Source: Phoronis australis (Eukaryota; Animalia; Phoronida). From it: a stretch of DNA of 64,000 bases. A program made the position numbers and the translations under genes. Location of the stretch: assembly GCA_002633005.1 (NCBI GenBank), contig NMRA01000550.1, forward strand, positions 222,328-286,327, given 5' to 3'. Below the pieces are notes generated by a model. That model did not search any database, was not told where the DNA came from, and saw nothing but the letters and a program-made list of their open reading frames with translations. Positions 43,401 to 51,493 of this stretch are shown here, in pieces (positions within the stretch are counted from its first letter, which is position 1; each line of letters opens with the position of its first letter).

Positions 43401-46400
43401 ATCGGAATCATATTTTGAACACAATTCCTTACACAGCTGTTGGCAACAATTTCAACAGATCTGTTAAAGCAATGTATTGGGCACAGCACCAGTACATTCA
43501 ATGTATTTATGGGGCCATTTGAAAGTTCAAGAGTTCTCTGATTAATGACTTAGACCTTTGGTGCTGACCTGCTACTGCACAGTGCCAATGAGCCAGAGGA
43601 TTGAAAGACATCATGCAGGCTTACCTCCTAAAGAATTATTGACCTCAATTAAGGTTACGCAAATCTGTCCCATTTCCTTTGCTAAGCTGGGACGATCACA
43701 AGAATACCTGAAGACTACTTCAGTTTAAAATTTAAAGCTTTCGGTTTTGCTTTTTCATATGTGCCTGGTAAACTAGCAAAACCAAAACTGTCATATATGG
43801 CATCTAAAAATCATTAATACATTGTAAGTTGACGAACATCACCACCCCCCCAATTCTTTGACACCCCACCCCAGCAGTGCTGTTCTCTAAACGCCTGGTC
43901 CACTTCAACCATCCCACACTTGAAAGAACCCTTTTGTTTTCCAATAAATAACCATCTATGCTAATCCCCCCCCACACATGCCTGTCCACCATGACAGCCC
44001 AGTTGGTAAACGCTTGAGTAAACACCACATATTGTGTTTACAAAAACCAAGACTTAGAATGATTTTTAACAAGCTCCTGCATACTGATGAGCTGTCAAAA
44101 GACGGACTTGGTGGTTTGACCCTCTTGTCTCAAAAGGGCTCATAAAATGGATTAACTGTGTAGTTGCTTCAGCTCACAGCATCCTCTTGCGATGCCACTG
44201 CAATATTTCACACCATTTGCTGTTCAGCTTTTCTGCATTTCCCACAGACTAACATATCAAGATTTCTAAGCGAGATGATAATGTATTTGTGAACCAAATT
44301 CACGGTATGGTAAAAAGTCCTCAGTTTGGGACACAATATGGCCGACAGGTGGACTTTCATTTTGTAACATTTCTCAATAAAAAAATTTTCCCGAAATTTA
44401 CTTTGCTTGTAGTATGGTTTGCAACAATGTGGTGAGCCTATGAAAAATAGAAATAATTAGAAATTATTTTTGTCCCAAAATGAAAAATTTTTACAGCTGA
44501 TGCTTTGTACCTTCTGACTGTGACCCGGATTGTGGTAAAATTATTCTATTTGGGTTTAAAAAATGTTTTCAGAAGAACCCACGCAAGTGACTATGCAAAC
44601 TAAGCTAAGCTGAAGCAGACTAAGGGCACGCAACAGTACAAGGCCAGTACAAGATGACTATAGTCATGGTGGCCTGGCAGAGCCTGTGTGTTGCTAGGAT
44701 GGTAAAAGATATTCACAATTCCTGTTTTCTATCACAAGACTGGATCCTTTTGGGAATCAGTGTTTCTATTGCACACCGACCTACTGGGAGTACATACAGT
44801 TCGAAAGACAAAGGACATGTGGCATTTACTTAACCCCTCAAGAAGCCAGAGTACAAAATCTCTAATTTGGAATTATAACCAGACATCTGGCTTTGAATTG
44901 CCAGAGGAAGGAAGTTCTCACTGTAAGCACCTATACTTGAGACTGGGGCAACACTCAGGGGTTTGTGTCCTGTTGTAATGGGAAGGAAGTGTAAGAACAA
45001 TGCAGCCTGGTTCTCTGGTAAATGAGTCATGCAGCAAGAGATCGGGGAGACCAGCAAGACTAGGATACCGGTTCAAGTTGGATCAAGTGTGTTCGCACAA
45101 ACAGTCCGAGTCAGTCAACAGTCATAGATTCTGGTTCAACACTTGTAGTTAATAAGAGTAGACTTGAAGCATAAAATTTGAAGGTAATAAAGCAGACTTA
45201 TGTTGCCTGAAGGTCAGAAAATGAAAGCAACAAACACTGTTTTATAATAGTATTTCAAGGTGCATTCTGGGAACACCAATAAAAACGACAATTTTTGGGC
45301 CATTCGCTACTGAAGTCCTGCAAAACCAAGACAATAGGGAGCCACATAGTGAGAATATGATTCCCAGATCATGTGTCGCACACCTTTGATAATGTGACTA
45401 GCCAGGACCCATCCTTGAATGACAATTATCTCAGCCATCATTTTCAAGTGGGCGCAATAGTAAAAAGGTCAGATGTTCCTAACCACTTGACATGCCATAC
45501 TCTATGATAGTGGCAGCACATGGGCTCAACACTAGCCATGGCTGAACAAGATGAGAGAGAGGCTGAGACAATATGAATGAATGTTCTACAGTTGGGTGGT
45601 CTGACATTCAGCAGCTATTCCACATGCACTGATGGGAACCTTGAAAGTTGGCAAACACTGATAGAAGGGGGATGCAAATAATTAATATGGTCCACTTGTC
45701 AATCAACCCTGTGTACACAGCTCAAGGAACAAGATCTTGAAAAACAGTACAAACAACATAAGATGAAGTCGCAACTAGACAGAACATGCTCAGAAAATTG
45801 AGAACTTTTGTACCAATAGACACCAGAGACATGTGACTTGTGTCAGGCTTCAACTGTTCAACAATAGCAGAGACCTCCTGCTGTTTAATTAATTAGTCAA
45901 CACAAGACCTGGGAGAATGAAAAGAATGTGCAGTTCAGTGCATGTCGTTAACCTGCTGGAGTCACCCGACCAAATATCAAAGACACACGTCCATCGAAGC
46001 AGACACAGGACATGACAGGGACATAACTCCCAGGGAATGAAAAGGTCCAATAGGTCTGCCAGGGGAGGCAATTGTTTTTTGCCACAAAACACAAAATGAT
46101 CAAAAGCAAGGTTTTGATAAAATCAGGCGTGGAACCAGAAAGAGGCTGCAAGGAGCCCCCACACATAGTAGACTATCAAGCAACCCCAAGTTTATACCAG
46201 TTGCTGGAGCCCCATGTCGGTTGAAACTCAGCATATACCGTAATCGTTCGGGTTAACGCCCTGGGCGGTTAAATTGGCGAATCCAAAAAATCGGGGAGGG
46301 CGGTTAACCGAGCAGTGGGCGGTTAAATCGAAAATCCACCTAAAGTCGGGGATGGGCGGTTAACTGAGCATGGGCGTTAACCCGAACGATTGCGGTACAA

Positions 46401-48094
46401 CTATCTAAAGTCCCATCCATACACAGCCTACTCTAGAACAACTTACCCAACTACAACTTAATATCCCAGTTTTATGTGGTGTGTACACACACACGCGCAC
46501 GCGCACGCACACGCGTACACACACGCACACGCACACACACACACACATCCGATAATTAGCGGAAGGCGGAAGTTGTTGCTCTGTGCATGACAATGAACAC
46601 CTAATGCAAAAGGAAAACTGTCTGTATGTAATCGCAACTAATAACTACTTCCGCCCTACTCCACTTTTGCAGCTACACAGCCATTACAAGAGGCGCAAGT
46701 TACCCTAGACCAAGTTACCCCACGTCGATAAGGTGGAGTAAGTTGTCGCAAGTGGGGTAAGTTGCATCGAGACAACACTCAAACCTAGCTACAACTCGTT
46801 CCAGGAGTAACTTGTTCTAGGGTAAGTCTGCATGCGTAATATGACCCTTAATTAATAAAGAGAACACTTTACAATCTGCAGATAGAATTCTCCTAGGTGT
46901 GAGGCACTGATAACAGAAAATGAGTTGAGTACACGTGTGCAGAACCATTTCCTCTGAGAGAGGGGTATTTCCTGCACTAAGATAGGGGTATGTGTGTCCC
47001 ACCAACTGTTTGAAGTCAAAACAAGCAAAACATAGGCTTGATACAACAGCTTCGAAAGTAAAACAGCCTTGGACATATGTTTGATTACACACATGGGCTG
47101 AATCATCAGTAGCCAGCCCCAACACCATGGCACTGGATGGTGGTCCAATCTCACAAAGCCTATTTGTTTGCCACCTTAGAGCTTTGCTTCATCAGAGCTG
47201 GTCAGTTTCCCCTCTTGTGTAGGTGGCCATTGTGTGGCAAGGAAAACCAGACATAACAGAGTGCCAATGAGTAAAATATAACAAAAACACAGCCCCAGGC
47301 AGAGCCAGGATTTTATTGAGGAAAAGAGAAGCATGGCCAATTATGAAGGTGAACTAAGTAAGGTATAAACATGGCAATAACACAATAATACTGTAAGTGG
47401 CGCAGCACTGACAAAAGTGCAGGGGGGCTATAGCCTCCTAAGCCCCCTATGGTGCATCGCCCATGAATACTGACATGGACATACAGAGGAAGATGAGATC
47501 GTGTTCACATCTGTTTGAAAAGTTTCATAATTCAAACTTGAAGAGACAGGTTCAAATTAAAAACAATTCTGTGAACTATATAGTTAGTTGAAGCAGAAAA
47601 ACTGATTTTGATGCATTAACTTTTCAGTGAAACTGATAATACAGTCAAATTGCTAAAAAATCACAGAAGATCTGGACCCTGTTCCAGAAAACTGACTTAA
47701 GTTCATTTTTGACTTAAGTCTAATATTTGTCTCTACTGCCGAACTTTGAAACTTCCACGTCCGGTAAGATAGTCAAAATTAAGACAAAATGCGAGTAAAA
47801 AACTTAAGTCAAACTTAAGATTTCTTTCTTGAAACAGACTTGAGACAAATTTAAGTTTTATTTTAAAATTTACTGAAACTTAAAATTTGTCTTAGCTAAC
47901 TTGCATAGTTTTCTTGGAACAGGCTCTTGAGGTTTTAAAACCCAGTCATGTAATCTATATTCTATTGAGCTCATAAGACCCTGGGTTGTTAGCAAGCTAA
48001 TGCTAATTTGCATATAGATGCATTTGATCAATTCTTTAAGAAAACAAGACTTACCTTGAACTAAAACTGTGGTAATGAATAGTGGTAACAACAT
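1227..48094 (-). CDS. LAMB1: Laminin subunit beta (beta-1-like), spliced gene span, 29 coding exons in window, 3' end outside window
   Basis: The manually joined exons all have AG/GT boundaries and matching phases and give 1657 open codons. The protein has an LN domain ([41 protein letters not shown]), LE repeats, LF/IV domain, 'CGECFDDWD' and the beta-knob ([11 protein letters not shown]), which is diagnostic of beta chains. Confidence 0.97.
1717..2007 (-). repeat. ~100-bp tandem repeat containing copies of the exon end and donor
   Basis: acctgagtgag at 1717, 1815, 1916 and at the true junction 1995. Confidence 0.9.
1997..2138 (-). CDS. LAMB1: Laminin beta exon, coiled coil
   Basis: [27 protein letters not shown]...ANKALTQ; ccccag| and |gtaagg. 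Confidence 0.94.
2804..2979 (-). CDS. LAMB1: Laminin beta exon, coiled coil
   Basis: [45 protein letters not shown]...; tttaag| and |gtgagt. Confidence 0.95.
3329..3505 (-). CDS. LAMB1: Laminin beta exon, coiled coil
   Basis: [20 protein letters not shown]...[22 protein letters not shown]; ccccag| and |gtaagg. Confidence 0.93.
4043..4801 (+). mobile_element. Solo LTR (759 bp)
   Basis: TGTCA...TGACA termini, exact 5-bp TSD GACTA (4038-4042 and 4802-4806), TATAAATA at 4379, AATAAA at 4695, internal direct repeat near 4125-4245. Confidence 0.85.
5007..5090. repeat. 42-bp tandem duplication
   Basis: aagggtc(a/g)ggcagtgagccctagagggacacctacggcctt, 2 copies. Confidence 0.9.
5306..5599. mobile_element. 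MITE-like element (CAGTAAAAA-type ends)
   Basis: Imperfect TIRs. A diverged inverted copy is at 6221-6496, and related ends occur near 41478 and 44309-44497. Confidence 0.6.
5761..5946 (-). CDS. LAMB1: Laminin beta exon, beta-knob (domain alpha)
   Basis: [38 protein letters not shown]...; gtgcag| and |gtgagc, phase 0-0. Confidence 0.96.
6221..6496. mobile_element. MITE-like element, inverted diverged copy of 5306-5599
   Basis: Collinear reverse-complement blocks (cccaaattctagaaa, caaattcaagaa, gcaaaattacc, tgtctgaaatt). Confidence 0.6.
6580..6708 (-). CDS. LAMB1: Laminin beta exon, coiled coil
   Basis: [15 protein letters not shown]...[11 protein letters not shown]; caacag| and |gtaagt. 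Confidence 0.93.
7173..7279 (-). CDS. LAMB1: Laminin beta exon, coiled coil (minimal form; may extend to 7531 through repeated in-frame acceptors)
   Basis: [36 protein letters not shown]; ttacag| and |gtattg. The 5' boundary is ambiguous among 8 acceptor copies. Confidence 0.88.
7258..7545 (-). repeat. 36-bp minisatellite x8 spanning a splice acceptor
   Basis: Minus-strand unit TTAATTACAG|GTGCTTATAACGAGATCATTAATTCC; open frame [12 protein letters not shown]. Confidence 0.97.
7645..8223. mobile_element. Non-autonomous DNA transposon-like element
   Basis: Ends CAGCGCTGGAC / GTCAAGTGCTG with repeated subterminal GGTCGCC/GGCGACC motifs at both ends. A similar end structure occurs near 63000-63105. 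Confidence 0.55.
9240..9424 (-). CDS. LAMB1: Laminin beta exon, coiled coil
   Basis: [17 protein letters not shown]...[11 protein letters not shown]; ttgcag| and |gtgagt. Confidence 0.93.
9581..9868. mobile_element. Penelope-like inverted pseudo-LTR remnant
   Basis: ~68-bp inverted repeat (9581-9648 vs 9801-9868) whose arms contain the CTGATGA...GAAAC motif. Confidence 0.65.
9612..9656 (-). ncRNA. Minimal type I hammerhead ribozyme motif (Penelope-type)
   Basis: Minus strand reads CUU-CUGAUGA-U-GGUGUU(loop)GACACU-GAAA-CAUG-UC-AAG. Core boxes are intact, stem III is the palindrome ACAUGU, and stem I is CUU/AAG. Confidence 0.65.
9947..10124 (-). CDS. LAMB1: Laminin beta exon, coiled coil
   Basis: [39 protein letters not shown]...; gtgcag| and |gtagca. 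Confidence 0.93.
10667..10858 (-). CDS. LAMB1: Laminin beta exon, last LE repeat / start of coiled coil
   Basis: CDCNLEGS...[21 protein letters not shown]; tttcag| and |gtaagc. Confidence 0.96.
11363..11459 (-). CDS. LAMB1: Laminin beta exon, LE repeat
   Basis: [32 protein letters not shown]; ttgtag| and |gtgagt. Confidence 0.95.
12027..12229 (-). CDS. LAMB1: Laminin beta exon, LE repeats
   Basis: CVCNTLGT...[28 protein letters not shown]...QCNE; tttcag| and |gtggtg. Confidence 0.95.
12577..12801 (-). CDS. LAMB1: Laminin beta exon, LE repeats
   Basis: [14 protein letters not shown]...CQCNGNID...[10 protein letters not shown]...QNCQ; ctacag| and |gtaagt. Confidence 0.96.
13269..13420 (-). 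CDS. LAMB1: Laminin beta exon, LE repeats
   Basis: [32 protein letters not shown]...CHCRPGYA; ttttag| and |gtgagt. Confidence 0.96.
13919..14150 (-). CDS. LAMB1: Laminin beta exon, LE repeats
   Basis: [56 protein letters not shown]...; ttgcag| and |gtgagt. Confidence 0.96.
14302..14452. repeat. 16-bp minisatellite (catatccaccaaacat)n
   Basis: About 9 imperfect copies. Confidence 0.9.
14620..14763 (-). CDS. LAMB1: Laminin beta exon, LE repeat
   Basis: [47 protein letters not shown]; ttccag| and |gtatgt. Confidence 0.96.
15067..15265 (-). CDS. LAMB1: Laminin beta exon, end of LF (IV) domain
   Basis: [13 protein letters not shown]...RYQC...[18 protein letters not shown]; AAG acceptor after a pyrimidine tract, |gtaggt donor. 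Confidence 0.93.
15661..15788 (-). CDS. LAMB1: Laminin beta exon, LF (IV) domain
   Basis: [24 protein letters not shown]...MLIDS; ttacag| and |gtaagt. Confidence 0.95.
17015..17121. repeat. 14-bp minisatellite (gacatcagtcacat)n
   Basis: About 7 copies. Confidence 0.9.
18132..18252 (-). CDS. LAMB1: Laminin beta exon, LF (IV) domain
   Basis: [40 protein letters not shown]; ttgtag| and |gtaggg. Confidence 0.94.
19630..20403. mobile_element. Long-TIR (foldback-like) element, degraded
   Basis: Left arm (accaaggattcaatttcttaa...aagtattaat...ataaaact...aaaatc...tgcaca) is the reverse complement of about 20200-20403. Confidence 0.6.
19699..19855. mobile_element. Short MITE (CAGTGGCAGAT...GATCTGCCCCT) nested in the foldback arm
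   Basis: Flanked by GACTT on both sides; inverted sister copy at 50366-50523. Confidence 0.75.
20445..20860 (-). repeat. 14/20-bp minisatellite starting exactly at a splice donor
   Basis: Minus-strand units G(T/C)AATGTGAAG(C/A)ATA(ATTAT) run from the GT at 20860. Confidence 0.95.
20861..21019 (-). CDS. LAMB1: Laminin beta exon, LF (IV) domain
   Basis: [25 protein letters not shown]...IVIRYEPQ; ttacag| and |gtaatg. Confidence 0.95.
21519..21734 (-). CDS. LAMB1: Laminin beta exon, LE repeats / start of LF (IV) domain
   Basis: [23 protein letters not shown]...[10 protein letters not shown]; ctatag| and |gtatgt. Confidence 0.96.
22086..22195 (-). CDS. LAMB1: Laminin beta exon, LE repeat
   Basis: [36 protein letters not shown]; cactag| and |gtaggt. 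Confidence 0.95.
22467..22792 (-). repeat. ~33/68-bp minisatellite containing donor copies
   Basis: actgac (GTCAGT) at 22787, 22754, 22722, 22579, 22515 and 22487, mostly with TGTGAGG exon-like context. Confidence 0.9.
22793..22972 (-). CDS. LAMB1: Laminin beta exon, LE repeat
   Basis: [16 protein letters not shown]...NPDGCE; ttgcag| and |gtcagt. An alternative in-frame donor lies 33 nt downstream. Confidence 0.95.
23353..23541 (-). CDS. LAMB1: Laminin beta exon, LE repeat
   Basis: [17 protein letters not shown]...DIRDPLICQ; tgccag| and |gtgagt, phase 1-1. Confidence 0.96.
23631..23725. repeat. Near-perfect ~45-bp-arm palindrome (hairpin/MITE)
   Basis: tgtcactcatattgacaaagt...ggcgtgtaccaaaa / ttttggtacacgcc...actttgtcaatatgagtgaca. 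Confidence 0.9.
24128..24267. repeat. Imperfect inverted repeat
   Basis: gttttatat...aatgctattacctttggttgct / agcaaccaaagctaataacatt...atataaaac. Confidence 0.75.
24315..24512. repeat. 22-bp minisatellite (aaccaatataggttctcatata)n
   Basis: About 8 imperfect copies. Confidence 0.9.
25605..25725 (-). CDS. LAMB1: Laminin beta exon, LE repeat
   Basis: ttacag|GTT...A|gtaagt; [40 protein letters not shown]. Confidence 0.96.
27441..27693. mobile_element. PIF/Harbinger-like MITE
   Basis: TIR GGGCCTGTTCCAA / TTGGAACGGGTCC, CAG on both flanks. Sister copy at 47675-47926 and related ends at 28071-28435. Confidence 0.75.
28071..28435. mobile_element. MITE with an internal 52-bp x3 tandem repeat
   Basis: GGGCCTGTTTCATGAA..GACTTAAGACT / AGTCTTAAGTC..TTCATGAAAAAGACCC; tctgagaacacacaaataccta x3. 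Confidence 0.7.
28857..29093. repeat. 47-bp minisatellite x5, essentially perfect
   Basis: atttcttggtgcaagtaccttgcgaggtgcctcaccttacataatgc. Confidence 0.97.
30374..30734. repeat. ~28-bp minisatellite (agtaaagtgaccatgaggagggtcatac)n
   Basis: About 13 imperfect copies. Confidence 0.95.
31285..31430 (-). CDS. LAMB1: Laminin beta exon, end of LN / start of LE1
   Basis: gtgtag|GT...GTG|gtaagt; [38 protein letters not shown]. Confidence 0.96.
31721..33594 (+). mobile_element. Helentron/HINE-like non-autonomous element with internal repeats, spanning the N gap
   Basis: ACTTGGCGAAATT at 31755, 31942 and 33566; terminal hairpin ACTTGGCGAAAT-TT-ATTTCTCCAAGT preceded by a poly-A tract; ~570-bp duplicate on each side of the gap. 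Confidence 0.6.
32625..32672. other. Assembly gap (48 N)
   Basis: Run of n. Confidence 1.
33853..33966. mobile_element. Small MITE-like inverted repeat
   Basis: gccggataaaacgtgccc...aagaacc / ggttctcaaaatttgggcacgttatatccggc. Confidence 0.65.
34313..34430 (-). CDS. LAMB1: Laminin beta exon, LN domain
   Basis: ttctag|GTA...CTAG|gttagt; [40 protein letters not shown]. Confidence 0.96.
34706..35247 (-). CDS. LAMB1: Laminin beta exon, LN domain
   Basis: tttcag|CT...GAG|gtaagg; [28 protein letters not shown]...[11 protein letters not shown]. Confidence 0.97.
41958..42183. repeat. ~67-bp minisatellite
   Basis: caatactcactcccctacactatgataacccctagagcaatactcagtcccctac, about 3 copies. Confidence 0.85.
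46238..46395. mobile_element. Tc1/mariner-type MITE (158 bp)
   Basis: TIR CCGTAATCGTTCGGGTTAACGCCC / GGGCGTTAACCCGAACGATTGCGG, TA on both flanks, internal GGGCGGTTAA repeats. Confidence 0.85.
46485..46547. repeat. (CA)/(CG) compound microsatellite
   Basis: Alternating purine-pyrimidine tract. Confidence 0.9.
47675..47926. mobile_element. PIF/Harbinger-like MITE, copy of 27441-27693
   Basis: Collinear with the 27441 element (gacttaagttcatttttgacttaagtctaa...cttggaacagg). Confidence 0.75.
48055..48094 (-). CDS. LAMB1: Laminin beta coding exon 1 (signal peptide [13 protein letters not shown]); exon with 5' UTR spans 48055-48209
   Basis: ataATG start, hydrophobic peptide and donor CAAG|GTAAGT in phase 1. 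It joins the exon at 35247 to give ...[22 protein letters not shown]. Acceptor tcttttccag at 48210. Confidence 0.85.
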
Positions 48095-50365
48095 TATGAT
48101 TCCTTAACAAGTATTAACAGCCAGGTGAAACAGGTGAATAGATAGAGTCCAGGTGAAGCTACTCCAGGGCACAGCTATTCTGCTCCTGACATTGACTGCT
48201 ACTGTGCACCTGGAAAAGACAAGAAATCTACTTCAGGCACATTTACCAATTACAGACAGCACAAAATATTCCCTTGCAGTGTTTGCCCTAGACTTCCAGT
48301 GGGCCTACCGTTCAAAAGTTTTGGGGGTGAGTTCAATGACGTGGTGTTAGTGAAAACAGTCCAGAAATCACAAAATAAGCACAGAATGATGCACTATACA
48401 GTACAAGACAGAAGCAATCGGACAAAATACGATTTCCCACCTTCCTATTACTTTCCTGTTCATTCTCCTTCATTCTCAGTCATCAGGGGAGACTACTCTG
48501 ATGTTAAATTCAGCTTCCGTACAGTCGTCATGATGAGAATTCTGGTCATTTTGTCTTAAATATTTTTGGCTTGTACGGTTTTTCGGAAAAATGAAGCGAC
48601 TGATGGTATCTTATACCAATGGAAAATATGGAAAGATAAAATCTAATAAATAAAACTGATGATTTTATTTCTTACCACATATCAACAATGCATCCAAGAC
48701 AACACATGTAACTCCACGTACATCTCCTTTAGCTTAGTTGAGCCAAATGACACAAAAACACAGCCTCCAGTAAACATTGCACCACACTGCACTAAACTAT
48801 GACTGCTATCGTAATCGCTCACAATCACGCCCAGAAAATCAACTTGTCCATAAGAGAACACAGGCATACAAAACTCAATTTTAAGGTAAAGAACTCCCAA
48901 ATTTACCAGCAATATCTTCAAAAAGGTAACATTCCCCTCTAAAAAGACTTCAACCAGTGAATAATACATTGGATAGTTTCTGCTGGTTGGAATGTTCATC
49001 TTCAGTACACTCTACCCAGGCTCTTAGGGTTAACAAGCAGGTGATAGAGCCCTAAAACCATGTATAGGAAACAATCAAGTTTGACTGAGTGATGGGAATG
49101 GATATCAAATGTCAATGTGACTTGACAAGAGCTATTCACCCGATGACATAACCAGTTTAGCCTCCAGTTAACAGCATTCATTCACACCCATTCATAAAAT
49201 CAACAGGACTAGGTAAGCCATAAAGTTCACCATTAACAGGGAGCTATAGCCCTGGTTGAATATTTCTGCCTCCAATTCCAACAAGGTCAAGGTCAGAAAT
49301 GACCAACTTTGGTCAGAAAAATTAACAGCACCCGAGTCTCTCATGCCTTAAATTTTGGGGCCAAGTATCGGATATGAAAAATACTTTTAAATCACACAAA
49401 ATTCCTGCCCAAAAATTCCCTTCACTGAGTCCCTCGAGTTTGTGACGAGCAGGGAAGGGGGAGCTTCCCTTCACCTGAAAAAAATCCTCTCTTAGAAGGC
49501 ACAGGCACCTTTCCTCTCAACTCAGCAAGGGCCTTAAAGTCCAAGATTGGGTGTAAAATCAATGACTGTACTCCACTTCACCCGCAGAGGAATATCCACT
49601 TCCCACAATACCTCAGCATCCTCTACAATTCTACAGTATTTACCAACACTGCAATGCGTCCTGGGACATTTGGTTTACAGTTGTTCACCATGCCATATCA
49701 ATCAACATTCTGTATTTTAATTAAGACTAGTTCATAATTTGTCATCCAAGTAGAGGACAAGTTAATTTGACTACTACAGAGTGAGAGGCAACGCAGACAT
49801 GAAAAAATTGAAAAACCAAGTGAAGTATGTTAAATCATTCCCCACTCATAGGACTTGGCTCAGAAGTGTTTCAGCGACCCTACTGTTCTTGAAAACTAGG
49901 TCAGTAACTCAATGCGTTATTCTACCTTCACAAAAGAATGGAGTTGGTTCTGGGAAACGGAAATTGTAGAAAAAGGCAACATAATTTGTCAAATTAAACT
50001 GGTTTTCACAGTGCCACAGTACATATTTAAATCTATCTGTGGCCAATAGTAATTCTGATACCTTCAAGCACCGGAATTTTTTGATTTCTAACACAGTCAT
50101 CAGCATATAGAAAAAATAAAAATAGAAATACCATACTGGCAATTATTTTTGTGAAAATAAAATGAAAGGGACTAACACAGCAGAGGTAGTACGCCTATCA
50201 AAGAAGTATTCACAGCTGTCTGGGAGGGCTGACACTTCACTGATTAGGGAGACATTTGTTTACCATATTTCAGTCTAATTTGTCGAATGTCAATGGAATG
50301 TTCAAAAAGTGCACCACCAAGAAATCTTGTCAACAAAGCTTGACTCTACTCTACCACAGAGCTAC

Positions 50366-50523
50366 CAGGGGCGGATCCAGGATTTTGAGTTGGGGGGGGC
50401 AGGGCAGAGTATTAGCCAGGATTTTGCCCATCAGGAATTCGCACCCCCGAACTGCCAAATGGAATCTGAGAGAATTTTAGGGGGGGCCATGGCCCCGTTG
50501 GCCCCCCTCTAAATCAGCCACTG
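50366..50523. mobile_element. Short MITE (CAGGGGCGGATCC...AAATCAGCCACTG)
   Basis: TIRs; inverted sister of 19699-19855. Confidence 0.75.
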
Positions 50524-51060
50524 ACTACAATTGTCTGTGTGGACAATCCCACTCTCATCTGATAATTAAATGTTTTACAAAAAAGTATGAGGCATTTCAG
50601 TTCAATTTCTGGTGAGATCATTTCATTCACGTAGGGCCTAACAGGTAACATTGACAAGCAGATTGGATTAACTCCTACCGCCAGGTCCTTCATGCTTTAG
50701 TTTAGCCCTAAGTCTACCACAAAAGACAAAAATATCTCCGGGGGAAGTAGGCTAGGGCCTAAGCCTGCCTATAGATGTGATTCGGGCATTGCCTAAAACG
50801 GTCGTGGAACATCCGTCTCTGTCTTTTGTACACACGTCTCCATACGAGCGTTCAAATCTATCATACGCCTTGCTTTGAGCAGTTGGGTGAGTAGACATTC
50901 GACATTCGAAGTCAAAGACCAAATCCGCCTGAGCCGCCTGAGCGATCACGGCAGGGTCCCAACTCGAAATGCATGATTTTAACACACTATCTTTTGCTAA
51001 TCGACCAATTCAAATATGACTTGATGTAACAAATAAAAATACATACAAACAAAAGCTTAC

Positions 51061-51170
51061 GTTACAACTTCTAGGAGTTTTCTACAGGAGACAGATGACA
51101 GTGACGATCACACAACTTTACCACTCCGCTGTCGACTTCTGTCTGACCACAAGCAACAGATGTTTAGTAG
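51061..51170 (-). other. LAMB1: Probable non-coding first exon of laminin beta (5' end approximate)
   Basis: Donor AAC|GTAAGC at 51061/51060 inside a locally CpG-enriched stretch (about 50740-51330). The next exon (48209) starts with an acceptor and contains 5' UTR, so an upstream exon is required. No ATG in this segment. Confidence 0.55.
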
Positions 51171-51493
51171 TCGGAGTAAACAAAAGGTGGCGGGCAGCAC
51201 GCTACGATGTGATTCAGAACTGAGAACAGTTCCTAAATAAGAACTGCCGTGCGGCCAGAACAACTACTAAGCTTTTCCACGAGTCGCAGATGCCAGAAGC
51301 CGATTTCAAGGAGCGTCCAGACTGTTTCTGCTTGATATTTACCGAAATCCAATAGATTTTCCCACTGAGTAGTGCTCATTTTTGTTGACGAAACTAAGGC
51401 ATCTTTTTATAGAGTGTACCACGTGGGTTTAAAGGGGGGGCCAAGGGGGGGGGCATGGCATCCTAAAATTATCCCAGATTCCATTTGGCAGTN

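Noticed and set aside
44085-44112. CTGATGA followed by a small stem as a second hammerhead
   Set aside because: No GAAA box follows the stem. Other CTGATGA sites I checked also lacked the core.
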